A stretch of 20,085 nucleotides of DNA, taken from assembly GCA_051382305.1 (NCBI GenBank), contig JBBCAV010000015.1, forward strand, positions 1 through 20,085. The letters are read 5' to 3'. Made by a program: the position numbers and the translations under genes. This DNA is from Bdellovibrionota bacterium FG-2 (GTDB lineage: Bacteria; Bdellovibrionota; UBA1018). Below, one piece after another: positions 8,206 through 15,857 of the stretch; position 1 is the stretch's first letter; every line of letters starts with the position of its first letter. The notes under the pieces were generated by a model. The model was not told the origin of the DNA, did not search any database, and was given only the letters and a program-made list of their open reading frames with translations.

Positions 8206-8700
8206 ATGTGCGATGATGGCGGGGGCATTATTGAGGCAGGTGAGGACGAGGGTATTTTGGCTGAGATGTTGAACGAAACGGAATTAGCTCGTCGTTGTCA
8301 GACGCTCTTGGATTATGGTTTGACCCGGCATTTGCTCGACCTTACCTATGGGGCGACAAGGCGGTTCCCTGAAAATAATCGATTCCATTTTTACGAGGCG
8401 GTCGCATTCATGCGGCTTGGCAACGTCAATGCCGCTAGAGGAGCCTTCAACCGCGCCTATTCAGCCAGCTCGGGAAAATGCCTTCTCGTTTTCTATCTTG
8501 GGAATTGCCTCACGTCAGGTAGGATCGGTACGGCATTAGAAATAATTCATCGCCATTATGAGTCCTTTGGAAGTCGAGAAAAATGCTTGGTCTTGGAGAT
8601 GATTGAGATTGCTCTCTTCCTGGAGATTATCGAGCTAGAGGAGCTTCCAGCCGGTATCAAAGCGGCACTGATTTCGTTAAACTTGAATGAACTGACATAA
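8206..8700 (+). CDS. TPR-like helical repeat protein
   Basis: SD GAGGGGG; RRFPENNRFHFYEAVAFMRLGNVNAARGAFNRAY fits a TPR consensus. Confidence 0.6.
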   Translation: MCDDGGGIIEAGEDEGILAEMLNETELARRCQTLLDYGLTRHLLDLTYGATRRFPENNRFHFYEAVAFMRLGNVNAARGAFNRAYSASSGKCLLVFYLGNCLTSGRIGTALEIIHRHYESFGSREKCLVLEMIEIALFLEIIELEELPAGIKAALISLNLNELT

Positions 8701-8980
8701 TAAACGCAGATATTTTCATTTTTTTTAAGAAATCCGTCCGGTTTTTGTTTTTCACTCGTATAAATAACAGCGAGAAAAAATCGCGATGAGGAAGGCCTCA
8801 ATTGGTTCTTCTCCCCATGTGAAGGAACGTTGGACGCAATGTTGCGCCAGAAAAGGAAAGAACAGGTATGTTGATGAGGGCTGAGTTGCACGAGTGGCTA
8901 ATATCTCGGTTCCCGTTCCGCCCAGGCCCATCTGTAGCGGTCCTATCTACCCCATTCTCATGCTCTCATAGAGGTGACTC

Positions 8981-9898
8981 ATGATATTTGACAAGCTCAC
9001 CATTTATGGAGAGTTTCAGATTCGTCCTGAAACTCTTGGCATCATGACTGCTCACACCCGCTCTGTATCTCGCACTCATTTCTATTGGCAGAACCATCGG
9101 TACGAGCTGTTCAACGGAGCGGTCATCTTTGTTAAGCGTGGCAAGACAAGCAGGAAGGTAGAAGTTGACCTTAACCCTAATCACTTTTCATCAAAGAAGG
9201 CAGTGCTGAAGTTTCTCGACCTCATTATCGTTGATTTTGATCCTGCTGTGGTAATTCCAAAAAAAGTTCATCTCAATGTTGATCTCGTTGGAGTTTCGCC
9301 AGACTTAGTCAAGCAAGAGATCAATCCATCGTGGCTTAGAAAGGTCTTTAAGGTTGCTGATGAAGAGTCGTGGAAGTCTGGCAAATTCGACGAGCGGCGA
9401 GCCAGCTTTTACTTTGGTAGCAAAAAGCGAAAACAGCTCGTGATGTACGATGCGTTCAAACGTCATGGTGGAGTTGATCCCACGACTCGGATTGAGTACC
9501 AGATGAATGAAAAGAATATACACAAGTACGAGAGTTTGCGCGACCTGTTGGACCATATTCCCGGCATGAAGCCCTTCTCGATGCTTAAATTCTACTCCTA
9601 TTTTTCAAACCATATGCCAGACGCAAAAAATAGGATGAAGGCTGATCACCTGACGTTAAGTTTAGAAAAATACGGCTATCGACTCACCTTTCAGCGATTC
9701 AAGAAGTTGGACGGTCACTATGACGACTCATACGACGCTGTTCTAAAGCAGTTTAAAAAGAAGGACTACAAGCTGGATAAGCTTTTCCAACGGCGAGCTA
9801 AAAAATTCTTCGCGGCGGGAGTTGGTCGCGCTGACCGTGAGATGTTTCGAGATGCCAAGGAGATTATGAAGGCTGGTAAGGCAAGTGCTTGGAGTTAG
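8981..9898 (+). CDS. Rep_trans-like rolling-circle replication initiator / MOBT-like relaxase
   Basis: SD GAGGTG. KVHLNVDL, SFYFGSKKRKQLVMYD and TRIEYQ match, in order and spacing, the Rep_trans motifs RxDxAxD, YxGS..YdK and RxE. Confidence 0.7.
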   Translation: MIFDKLTIYGEFQIRPETLGIMTAHTRSVSRTHFYWQNHRYELFNGAVIFVKRGKTSRKVEVDLNPNHFSSKKAVLKFLDLIIVDFDPAVVIPKKVHLNVDLVGVSPDLVKQEINPSWLRKVFKVADEESWKSGKFDERRASFYFGSKKRKQLVMYDAFKRHGGVDPTTRIEYQMNEKNIHKYESLRDLLDHIPGMKPFSMLKFYSYFSNHMPDAKNRMKADHLTLSLEKYGYRLTFQRFKKLDGHYDDSYDAVLKQFKKKDYKLDKLFQRRAKKFFAAGVGRADREMFRDAKEIMKAGKASAWS

Positions 9899-9943
9899 GG
9901 CAATCGTGCCTATTTGGTCGAACAAAAGTTTTGGAGGTAACCC

Positions 9944-10297
9944 ATGAGTTCTCAAGAGAAAGACGCGAAATTCATCATCTCTGGTATCTGGCGCATCGCA
10001 GAGGAGATTGTTTGGCTTCGGGAAGTTAACGCAGAGGCAACTTGTAGACATTCGCTTGGTTCGTTTTGTCAGGACGACGACGCCTCGAAAAAGCTCGTTT
10101 TAGCGGCCCAGGATGCCGTAGGGGCGACTTCATCGGTTAGGTCGATCCTTGCCATTCGAACCCCCGCGGTTGAGTCCCTCGGGCTTGCTGAACAAGAGTT
10201 CAGGCAGCTTGTAGAAGTTTTTGAACTTCTTAATCAATGGAACGATGAAGCTAAGGACGCCCAACGGGAAGCTCTCGAACCCGAAACTCATGGCTAA
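9944..10297 (+). CDS. Hypothetical helical protein directly upstream of the integrase
   Basis: SD GGAGGT; ends 5 bp before the LSR start. Confidence 0.6.
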   Translation: MSSQEKDAKFIISGIWRIAEEIVWLREVNAEATCRHSLGSFCQDDDASKKLVLAAQDAVGATSSVRSILAIRTPAVESLGLAEQEFRQLVEVFELLNQWNDEAKDAQREALEPETHG

Positions 10298-10302
10298 AGG
10301 CC

Positions 10303-11937
10303 ATGAACGATAATAGAAGGAAAACTCTTATGCGCACACCATCCAAAACTAATGCCGACCGTCGAGCCTATCTTTTCCTTCGAGTGAGTAGCCATCATCA
10401 AAAGGGCAATACATCCCATGAGACTCAATACGAAGAAGCTGAGGCTTATTGCCGAAGAAAGGGGTTGACGGTTGATCGTGTCGTGCGGATCGTAGAGTCG
10501 GCAAGCGATTCTGAGCATCGAAAACAATACTCTCAGGGTATGAGCGATGCCGACAGAGTCGGCGTTCGTCATAGGGTCTTTTACGTTTTTGATCGTGAGT
10601 CGCGAAACTTGACAGACAACGAATCAAACGAAAAAAAAGTTCGGAGCGGTCAAATAGAGCTTCACTACGTTAGAGAAGACAAAGTCTTTAATGAGGATAC
10701 TACGGATTCAGATTTTTTCATGAGGGATATAAATGCGGTAAATAACAAGCAATTTATCCGGCAACTTAGCTCAAAAGTGAAGGACGCCACGAAAATGAAA
10801 GCGCAGAGTGGATGGTTTCCCGGCAATCATCTCCCACTTGGGTACATCCATAAAAAGAACCGGGATGAAAATGGGCGGGAATTGAAGCGCGGCACGACTG
10901 TTGTGCGCGACCCCAATGAGCAAAATGTTCGACAAGTTCAGCGAGAGTTTGCACTCCGGGCCGAAAGGTGTGCATTGGGGGAAATTCGATCAAAGATTAT
11001 TCATGAGGGGTTGATCCAGGCAAAAAAGATTCAATCCTACCACATTAGTACCATCGAGCGTCGCTTGAAAAATAGGTTTTATCGGGGACAGTTTGATTGG
11101 GCGGGGCAGGAGTATCAAGGTAAGCATGAGCTTATTATTCCCCATGGGACGCTCAAGGTGGTTGATGAGTCATTCGGCTTGAGAGTCCGGTACACTTCTA
11201 AACAGCAGCTCGGAATTTTTGGCGGAGGATGGCTGAAATGCGCGGACGCAGCGTGCGGTTGCCATGTTTTGTATGATCCGAAAATAAAGAAGATAAAATT
11301 GACAGGCGAGATGCGCGAATACAGATACTACCATTGCTCTGACGGCAAGAAAGTTCATCAAAAGAGATCAAATATAACCGAAGATTCCTTGTGGGGTGGT
11401 CTGGGCACAGCGGTGGATAAGATTACCATTACCGCAGAATTTGCGGACCAAATCGCAGAAGCACTGAATCAAGCACAACTGAAGGCGCAGAGCGCAGTCC
11501 GCAGGGAGATGGATGGATACAGTGCTGCGCTGGATACCCTGGAGAATAAGCGGAATCGCCTCTTTGATATGTTACTGAGCAATGAGATTAGTAAGGATGA
11601 GTTTGATCGACAGTCCCAACGTTTAACCAAAGAGCGGCATGAGATCACTGCTATGCTCGAAGCCGCCCAGCTCAGGATCACTGGTGCTGTATTCAAAACT
11701 GCGAAGGATATTCTCGAACTGGCCACAAAGGCGAAATCACTGTGGATTCAGCGAACACCCGCAGAACGCAAGATGTTCCTGGATCACATACTCTCGAACC
11801 CGGTTTTTGATGGGGTAACTGTGCGATATGAGCTGAGAAAGCCTTTCGTCATTCTAGAGGAAATGACGAAAAAAGAAAATTGGCGTCTCCACGGGGATTC
11901 GAACCCCGGTTACTCCCGTGAAAGGGGAGTGTCCTAG
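10303..11937 (+). CDS. Large serine recombinase (integrase), integrated-state isoform
   Basis: YLFLRVSS catalytic Ser motif, DRESRN, PLGY recombinase domain, CADAACG..YYHC zinc ribbon and coiled coil. The last 18 residues overlap tRNA-Glu on the opposite strand. Confidence 0.93.
   Translation: MNDNRRKTLMRTPSKTNADRRAYLFLRVSSHHQKGNTSHETQYEEAEAYCRRKGLTVDRVVRIVESASDSEHRKQYSQGMSDADRVGVRHRVFYVFDRESRNLTDNESNEKKVRSGQIELHYVREDKVFNEDTTDSDFFMRDINAVNNKQFIRQLSSKVKDATKMKAQSGWFPGNHLPLGYIHKKNRDENGRELKRGTTVVRDPNEQNVRQVQREFALRAERCALGEIRSKIIHEGLIQAKKIQSYHISTIERRLKNRFYRGQFDWAGQEYQGKHELIIPHGTLKVVDESFGLRVRYTSKQQLGIFGGGWLKCADAACGCHVLYDPKIKKIKLTGEMREYRYYHCSDGKKVHQKRSNITEDSLWGGLGTAVDKITITAEFADQIAEALNQAQLKAQSAVRREMDGYSAALDTLENKRNRLFDMLLSNEISKDEFDRQSQRLTKERHEITAMLEAAQLRITGAVFKTAKDILELATKAKSLWIQRTPAERKMFLDHILSNPVFDGVTVRYELRKPFVILEEMTKKENWRLHGDSNPGYSRERGVS
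11844..11871 (-). terminator. 10-bp hairpin inside the LSR CDS just downstream of the tRNA 3' end
   Basis: TTTCGTCATT-N8-AATGACGAAA perfect inverted repeat. Confidence 0.45.
11876..11886 (+). repeat. att core, tRNA-proximal copy
   Basis: AAAATTGGCGT is the reverse complement of the tRNA 3' ACGCCA plus ATTTT. Confidence 0.8.
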
Positions 11938-11956
11938 GCCTCTAGACGATGGAGAC
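11881..11956 (-). tRNA. tRNA-Glu (anticodon TTC)
   Basis: GTCTCCATCGTCTAGAGGCCTAGGACACTCCCCTTTCACGGGAGTAACCGGGGTTCGAATCCCCGTGGAGACGCCA forms a 76-nt cloverleaf with GTTCGAA T-arm and encoded CCA. Confidence 0.97.
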
Positions 11957-11994
11957 GCATATGCCGACGTCCTCGACAATTTTGAGAGTTCCAA

Positions 11995-12023
11995 TCAATA
12001 CATGGGTGTATTGCGTTTTTCAA
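11995..12023 (-). promoter_or_regulatory. Putative tRNA-Glu promoter
   Basis: Minus strand TTGAAA-N17-TATTGA about 40 bp upstream of the tRNA. Confidence 0.45.
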
Positions 12024-12156
12024 TATCGATTCCGTGGGACCCCCAAAAAACTTCCAGTGGGCCTATTTTTAGGCTTTACGATGGGTCTCTTCTCGCTAGC
12101 AGACGGGCTGAATTATTTGTTTGACACTGTGAGTCGGATGTGATCAGTAGGGGGTT

Positions 12157-12963
12157 ATGAAATGGGACATGGGTGGATATTTTAAGCAGTACTGGGGGAG
12201 GAGCCTTCTTTTTGCCGCAGCAGCGGTAACGGGGGGATCCGCTATTCTTTCGGGGTGTCAGATGAACGATTCTGCGCCGGTGGAGGCCGCGTCTTCGGCC
12301 CTGCGCACAGGTTGTCAGGTCAGCCCTGATCAAAAGGCAAGCTTCTTAAAGCCAGTGGGCGCCTCTTTGCTCACGGTCAAGGTTGATGATCAGTTCTCGG
12401 ATGTCCAGATTCAGGCGATCAAGAAAGCGGTGGATGAGTGGAATGGATTTTCGGCTCGCCTCGCAGGTCGACCCTATTTAGAAATGGTCAAGAGTACGGT
12501 TCCGGAGAGTGTGCGCTCCTTGGATCCTCATGAGTGCTCCGGGGGGTTTGGAAATGCGGATTCGTTCTACATCGTGCGCGAGCAATCCAATACGAGATGG
12601 CAGGCCATGAGTTTCTCGAGCAACATTTCTGCGGCCACCATTCGTTGTGATGATGGCAAGAGCGTCACGGAGCAGGTGGTTCTCGTCAATACTTCGGTCA
12701 CTGATGTGGTTCAGCTTACCAGTGTTGCGCTTCACGAATTAGGGCATGTTTTGGGACTAGATCATAGTTGTGCGGATAGTTTTGGAAAAACGGATTTCCG
12801 CGGCTGCGCGGGCCTTCTTCCTGATAATGCTTATCGCAAGGCTGTTATGTTTCCGACGCTCAAGAAGGCGCACTTCGATGGAGATACTTTTGATGTGAAA
12901 GAAACTCTTCGAGAAAACGATACGGTCCGTGCTAGTTGTCTTTCCATGGGCGATGCTCAATGA
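12157..12963 (+). CDS. Matrixin (M10) family zinc metalloprotease, lipoprotein
   Basis: HELGHVLGLDH (HExxHxxGxxH), Met-turn AVMFP and lipobox LSGC. Confidence 0.9.
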   Translation: MKWDMGGYFKQYWGRSLLFAAAAVTGGSAILSGCQMNDSAPVEAASSALRTGCQVSPDQKASFLKPVGASLLTVKVDDQFSDVQIQAIKKAVDEWNGFSARLAGRPYLEMVKSTVPESVRSLDPHECSGGFGNADSFYIVREQSNTRWQAMSFSSNISAATIRCDDGKSVTEQVVLVNTSVTDVVQLTSVALHELGHVLGLDHSCADSFGKTDFRGCAGLLPDNAYRKAVMFPTLKKAHFDGDTFDVKETLRENDTVRASCLSMGDAQ

Positions 12964-13601
12964 TTCTACTCGCAGCCTCTGCAGGTCTTGTTGGCTTGAT
13001 GCACACGCTTGCTCCCAGTCACTGGTTGCCTGTGGTTCTGATGGTTAAAGCGCGTAAATGGGGAGTCGCGCGTGCAGTCTTGGGTGCGCTCGTAGCAGCT
13101 TCTGGCCATTTGCTCACCTCGATGGGTCTGGCCTTGGTTGCGATTAAGATTGGATTTGAACTCATGCCGGGCTTTGAAGAGGAAATTGAACACTATGGGG
13201 GCGCAGGCCTGATTGTTTTCGGCATTTCCTACGCCATCTTTACTTATTTTCGGCACTCCCAATGTCATGGCCACAGCCATCATGGCCCCGATCCCGAAGG
13301 CGACTCTCGCTCCGGCGATTCGCGCGCGTTTTTGTTTCTCTTCACGCTCGGGCTCTCTCCCTGTTTGGCGGTGTTCCCGGTCTTCGCAGCCGCTTCGGGG
13401 CGAGGAACCTTGGCGTTGACTTCAACGCTAGTGGCTTTTTCTTTTGGCGTTTTGACCACGCTAATTAGTGCAACCGTGCTTGTCTCGCGCGGTTTTATGG
13501 CATTTGATCATCCCTTGATTGAGCATTATGGGGAAGTTATTGCCGGTCTCGTAATCGCACTCATGGGCGTGTTTGTATTTTTGTTTCCTTCACTTTTTTG
13601 A
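12960..13601 (+). CDS. Nickel/cobalt transporter-like membrane protein (RcnA/UreH-like)
   Basis: GLMHTLAPSHW, His-rich loop HSQCHGHSHH, LSPC and about 6 TM segments. ATG at 12960 overlaps the upstream TGA. Confidence 0.75.
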   Translation: MILLAASAGLVGLMHTLAPSHWLPVVLMVKARKWGVARAVLGALVAASGHLLTSMGLALVAIKIGFELMPGFEEEIEHYGGAGLIVFGISYAIFTYFRHSQCHGHSHHGPDPEGDSRSGDSRAFLFLFTLGLSPCLAVFPVFAAASGRGTLALTSTLVAFSFGVLTTLISATVLVSRGFMAFDHPLIEHYGEVIAGLVIALMGVFVFLFPSLF

Positions 13602-13679
13602 AGCACGGGTTTCTATTCGATCTCTGCATGCTGCGCCAGGTCTTGACCTGAGCCGCTTGCCCCGATAATCAAGAGGCTG

Positions 13680-14282
13680 ATGATCTACCAAATATTGTTT
13701 TTATCGCTTCTTGCAGGCGCGCTTCACGCCGTGGCCCCTGATCGTTGGATGCCGACCTCGCTTTTAGTTTGGAAGATGAAGTGGAATTTTGGAAAAACGA
13801 TGGGTTTTGCGGCATTAGCCCTAGGTTTTCATGTCTTGCTCGGGGTTGCTGTTTGCTTTGCCTTAGGTGAAATTTTCTTTCGTATGCAGCCGCAGGATCT
13901 CTTCGCGTTTTCAATTATCTTGGTTCTGCTTACCGCACTTGTTCGCGTTTGGCGTTTTTCGCGCATTCGCGAAGTGATGGGGGCTCGCGCTAACAGTCCT
14001 TGGGGTGTTTTTGCCGTGATCTCGATTTTGGGGCCTGCGGAGACGGTGATTCCGGTTCTGTTGAAAGCGCGTGAATCGGGACTTGGGTTTTTATTGCCCG
14101 CCCTTACTTTTTACGCAGGCGTCTTGGGAACGGGACTTTTGTTGGTCTTCTTGGGTCGGCGGGTTTGGGATCGGCCGTTTCGGCTTCGCTTTTGGACGGC
14201 CTGGGCACAAAGTAAACGTGTGATTTTTCCGGTAGCGGGCGTCGTCGTGGTGAATCTGCTTTTGTTGCTGCAGGTGAACTAG
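13680..14282 (+). CDS. Second Ni/Co transporter-like paralogue
   Basis: GALHAVAPDRWMP, GFHV, LGPAE and multiple TM segments. Confidence 0.65.
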   Translation: MIYQILFLSLLAGALHAVAPDRWMPTSLLVWKMKWNFGKTMGFAALALGFHVLLGVAVCFALGEIFFRMQPQDLFAFSIILVLLTALVRVWRFSRIREVMGARANSPWGVFAVISILGPAETVIPVLLKARESGLGFLLPALTFYAGVLGTGLLLVFLGRRVWDRPFRLRFWTAWAQSKRVIFPVAGVVVVNLLLLLQVN

Positions 14283-14296
14283 GTCGCGCAAGCGGT

Positions 14297-15292
14297 CTAG
14301 AACCATTGCTTGGCGACGAAAAATTCCTCGACCAGCTTTTTCATAATTTCCTGAACTGGCCGGATTTCCTCGATGAGGCCCACGCCTTGGCCTGCGCTCC
14401 AAACTTCTTTCCAAGTCGTGCCCGAAACCGCTTTTTCCAGCACTTTTGAGCCTAAGTACGCGCGAAGCAGCTTCATGAGCTTCTTCGTCTTGGCGTTATT
14501 AAGTAGGAATTCTTCAAGGGGGTTGAGCTCCAAACCCACCTTATCGACATACGGTGTGCGAATCACGGAAGCGGGGGTGCCCGATATTTTTTTGGTGAGC
14601 ACAATGTCTTCAGGCTCGGCTTTGAGGATCGCGTTCTTGTACGAAGCGTCCACCGGCGCTTCGCGGGACGCAATAAAGAGCGTTCCAATTTGAACGGCCG
14701 AAGCGCCCAGGAGCAGGGCTGCGGCCATTTGCTCGCCGGTAGCGATTCCGCCGGCTGCGACGACGGGAATTTTCAAATGTTTTTTAAGATAAGGAATCAA
14801 TACCAGCGGTGAAATGGGCCCCGCATGTCCCCCCGCCCCCGAACTCACTCCGATCACGCCATCGGCGCCGAGGTCCTCGACCTTGCGCGCGTAATCGAGT
14901 GTCGTGACATCGCAAAAAACTTTGCAGCCTACGGCGTGCATTTTTTGGATCGTCTCTTTGGGGCTTCCCAGTGAGGTTACGACGAGCGGAACTTGTTCTT
15001 CGGCACAAACATCAAGGTCGGAATGCAGTCGGATGTTGGCTTTGTTGGTGATGAGGTTTACGCCAAAAGGTTTGTTCGTGAGAGTTTTTACTTTCTGAAT
15101 CGCTTTTCGAAAATCTTCGGTGGAGCGCCAGTTCAGGGAGGGCATCGCGCCTAAGCCGCCCGCTTCGCTCACAGCGGAAACTAAACCTTCGTTGCTCACG
15201 AGAAACATGGGGCCCGCGATGATGGGGTAAGCGCAGCCTAGGAGACGGGTGAAGTCGGTAGGGATGGTGTCGGTTGTGATTGTGGGGGTCAT
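14297..15292 (-). CDS. Nitronate monooxygenase family flavin oxidoreductase
   Basis: YPIIAGPMFLVS, AGGHAG, PVVAAGGIATG, VQIGTLF and WSAGQGVG. Confidence 0.92.
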   Translation of the reverse strand: MTPTITTDTIPTDFTRLLGCAYPIIAGPMFLVSNEGLVSAVSEAGGLGAMPSLNWRSTEDFRKAIQKVKTLTNKPFGVNLITNKANIRLHSDLDVCAEEQVPLVVTSLGSPKETIQKMHAVGCKVFCDVTTLDYARKVEDLGADGVIGVSSGAGGHAGPISPLVLIPYLKKHLKIPVVAAGGIATGEQMAAALLLGASAVQIGTLFIASREAPVDASYKNAILKAEPEDIVLTKKISGTPASVIRTPYVDKVGLELNPLEEFLLNNAKTKKLMKLLRAYLGSKVLEKAVSGTTWKEVWSAGQGVGLIEEIRPVQEIMKKLVEEFFVAKQWF

Positions 15293-15449
15293 GGGGAGAG
15301 GGTAGCACAGGATTGGGCAGTTGGAGAAGGCTCCATGGTTTCACTGGGTGCACGCCAAGAAAGTTTTTTTGAAGAAAAGATAGTCGGGCGCCTTTTTTTG
15401 CCTTTTGTCTGACAGTATGATAAGCTGTCAGACAAAGAGGGCGGTGAAC

Positions 15450-15857
15450 ATGGCGACTATTTTAGATGAACTAGAACAACGACGGAAAGAAGCTAGGGAG
15501 AAACTTAATTCAATCGGCGATATGCGACAGGGTTCGTTGGTTGAGCGTTTTAGAAAATGCGGTAAACCCTCCTGTCGATGCGCGACCGATGATTCGTACG
15601 CTCACGGACCCTGTTGGTCACTCACTCGTGGCGTCAAAGGGAAAACGTTAACTCGTGTGATCCCTGCGCGTGCTGTTGAAGAGACTCGGGCTCAACTTGC
15701 TCGAGGGCAAGAATTTCGTCGTATTTCCCAGGAACTCTACGAAGTAAACGAAAAGATTTGCGAAGTGAAGCTTGCTGGTTCAGCCATAGCTTCCGGAGAT
15801 AGTGGCAAAAAAAAGAACTTGGCACTGCCTTCAAAGCGGAAATCATCGCCGAGATAA
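15450..15857 (+). CDS. DUF6788-like orfA of the IS
   Basis: MRQGSLVERFRKCGKPSCRC..HGP; ends after an A8G slippery run. Confidence 0.75.
   Translation: MATILDELEQRRKEAREKLNSIGDMRQGSLVERFRKCGKPSCRCATDDSYAHGPCWSLTRGVKGKTLTRVIPARAVEETRAQLARGQEFRRISQELYEVNEKICEVKLAGSAIASGDSGKKKNLALPSKRKSSPR

Larger units (their letters stand above)
730..11886. mobile_element. Integrative element (IME/phage-satellite-like) at the tRNA-Glu 3' end; predicted circle of 11,146 bp
   Basis: 11-bp direct repeats at both ends include the last 6 nt of the tRNA. It carries an LSR, a Rep_trans-like initiator, a tyrosine recombinase, regulators and cargo. Confidence 0.85.
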
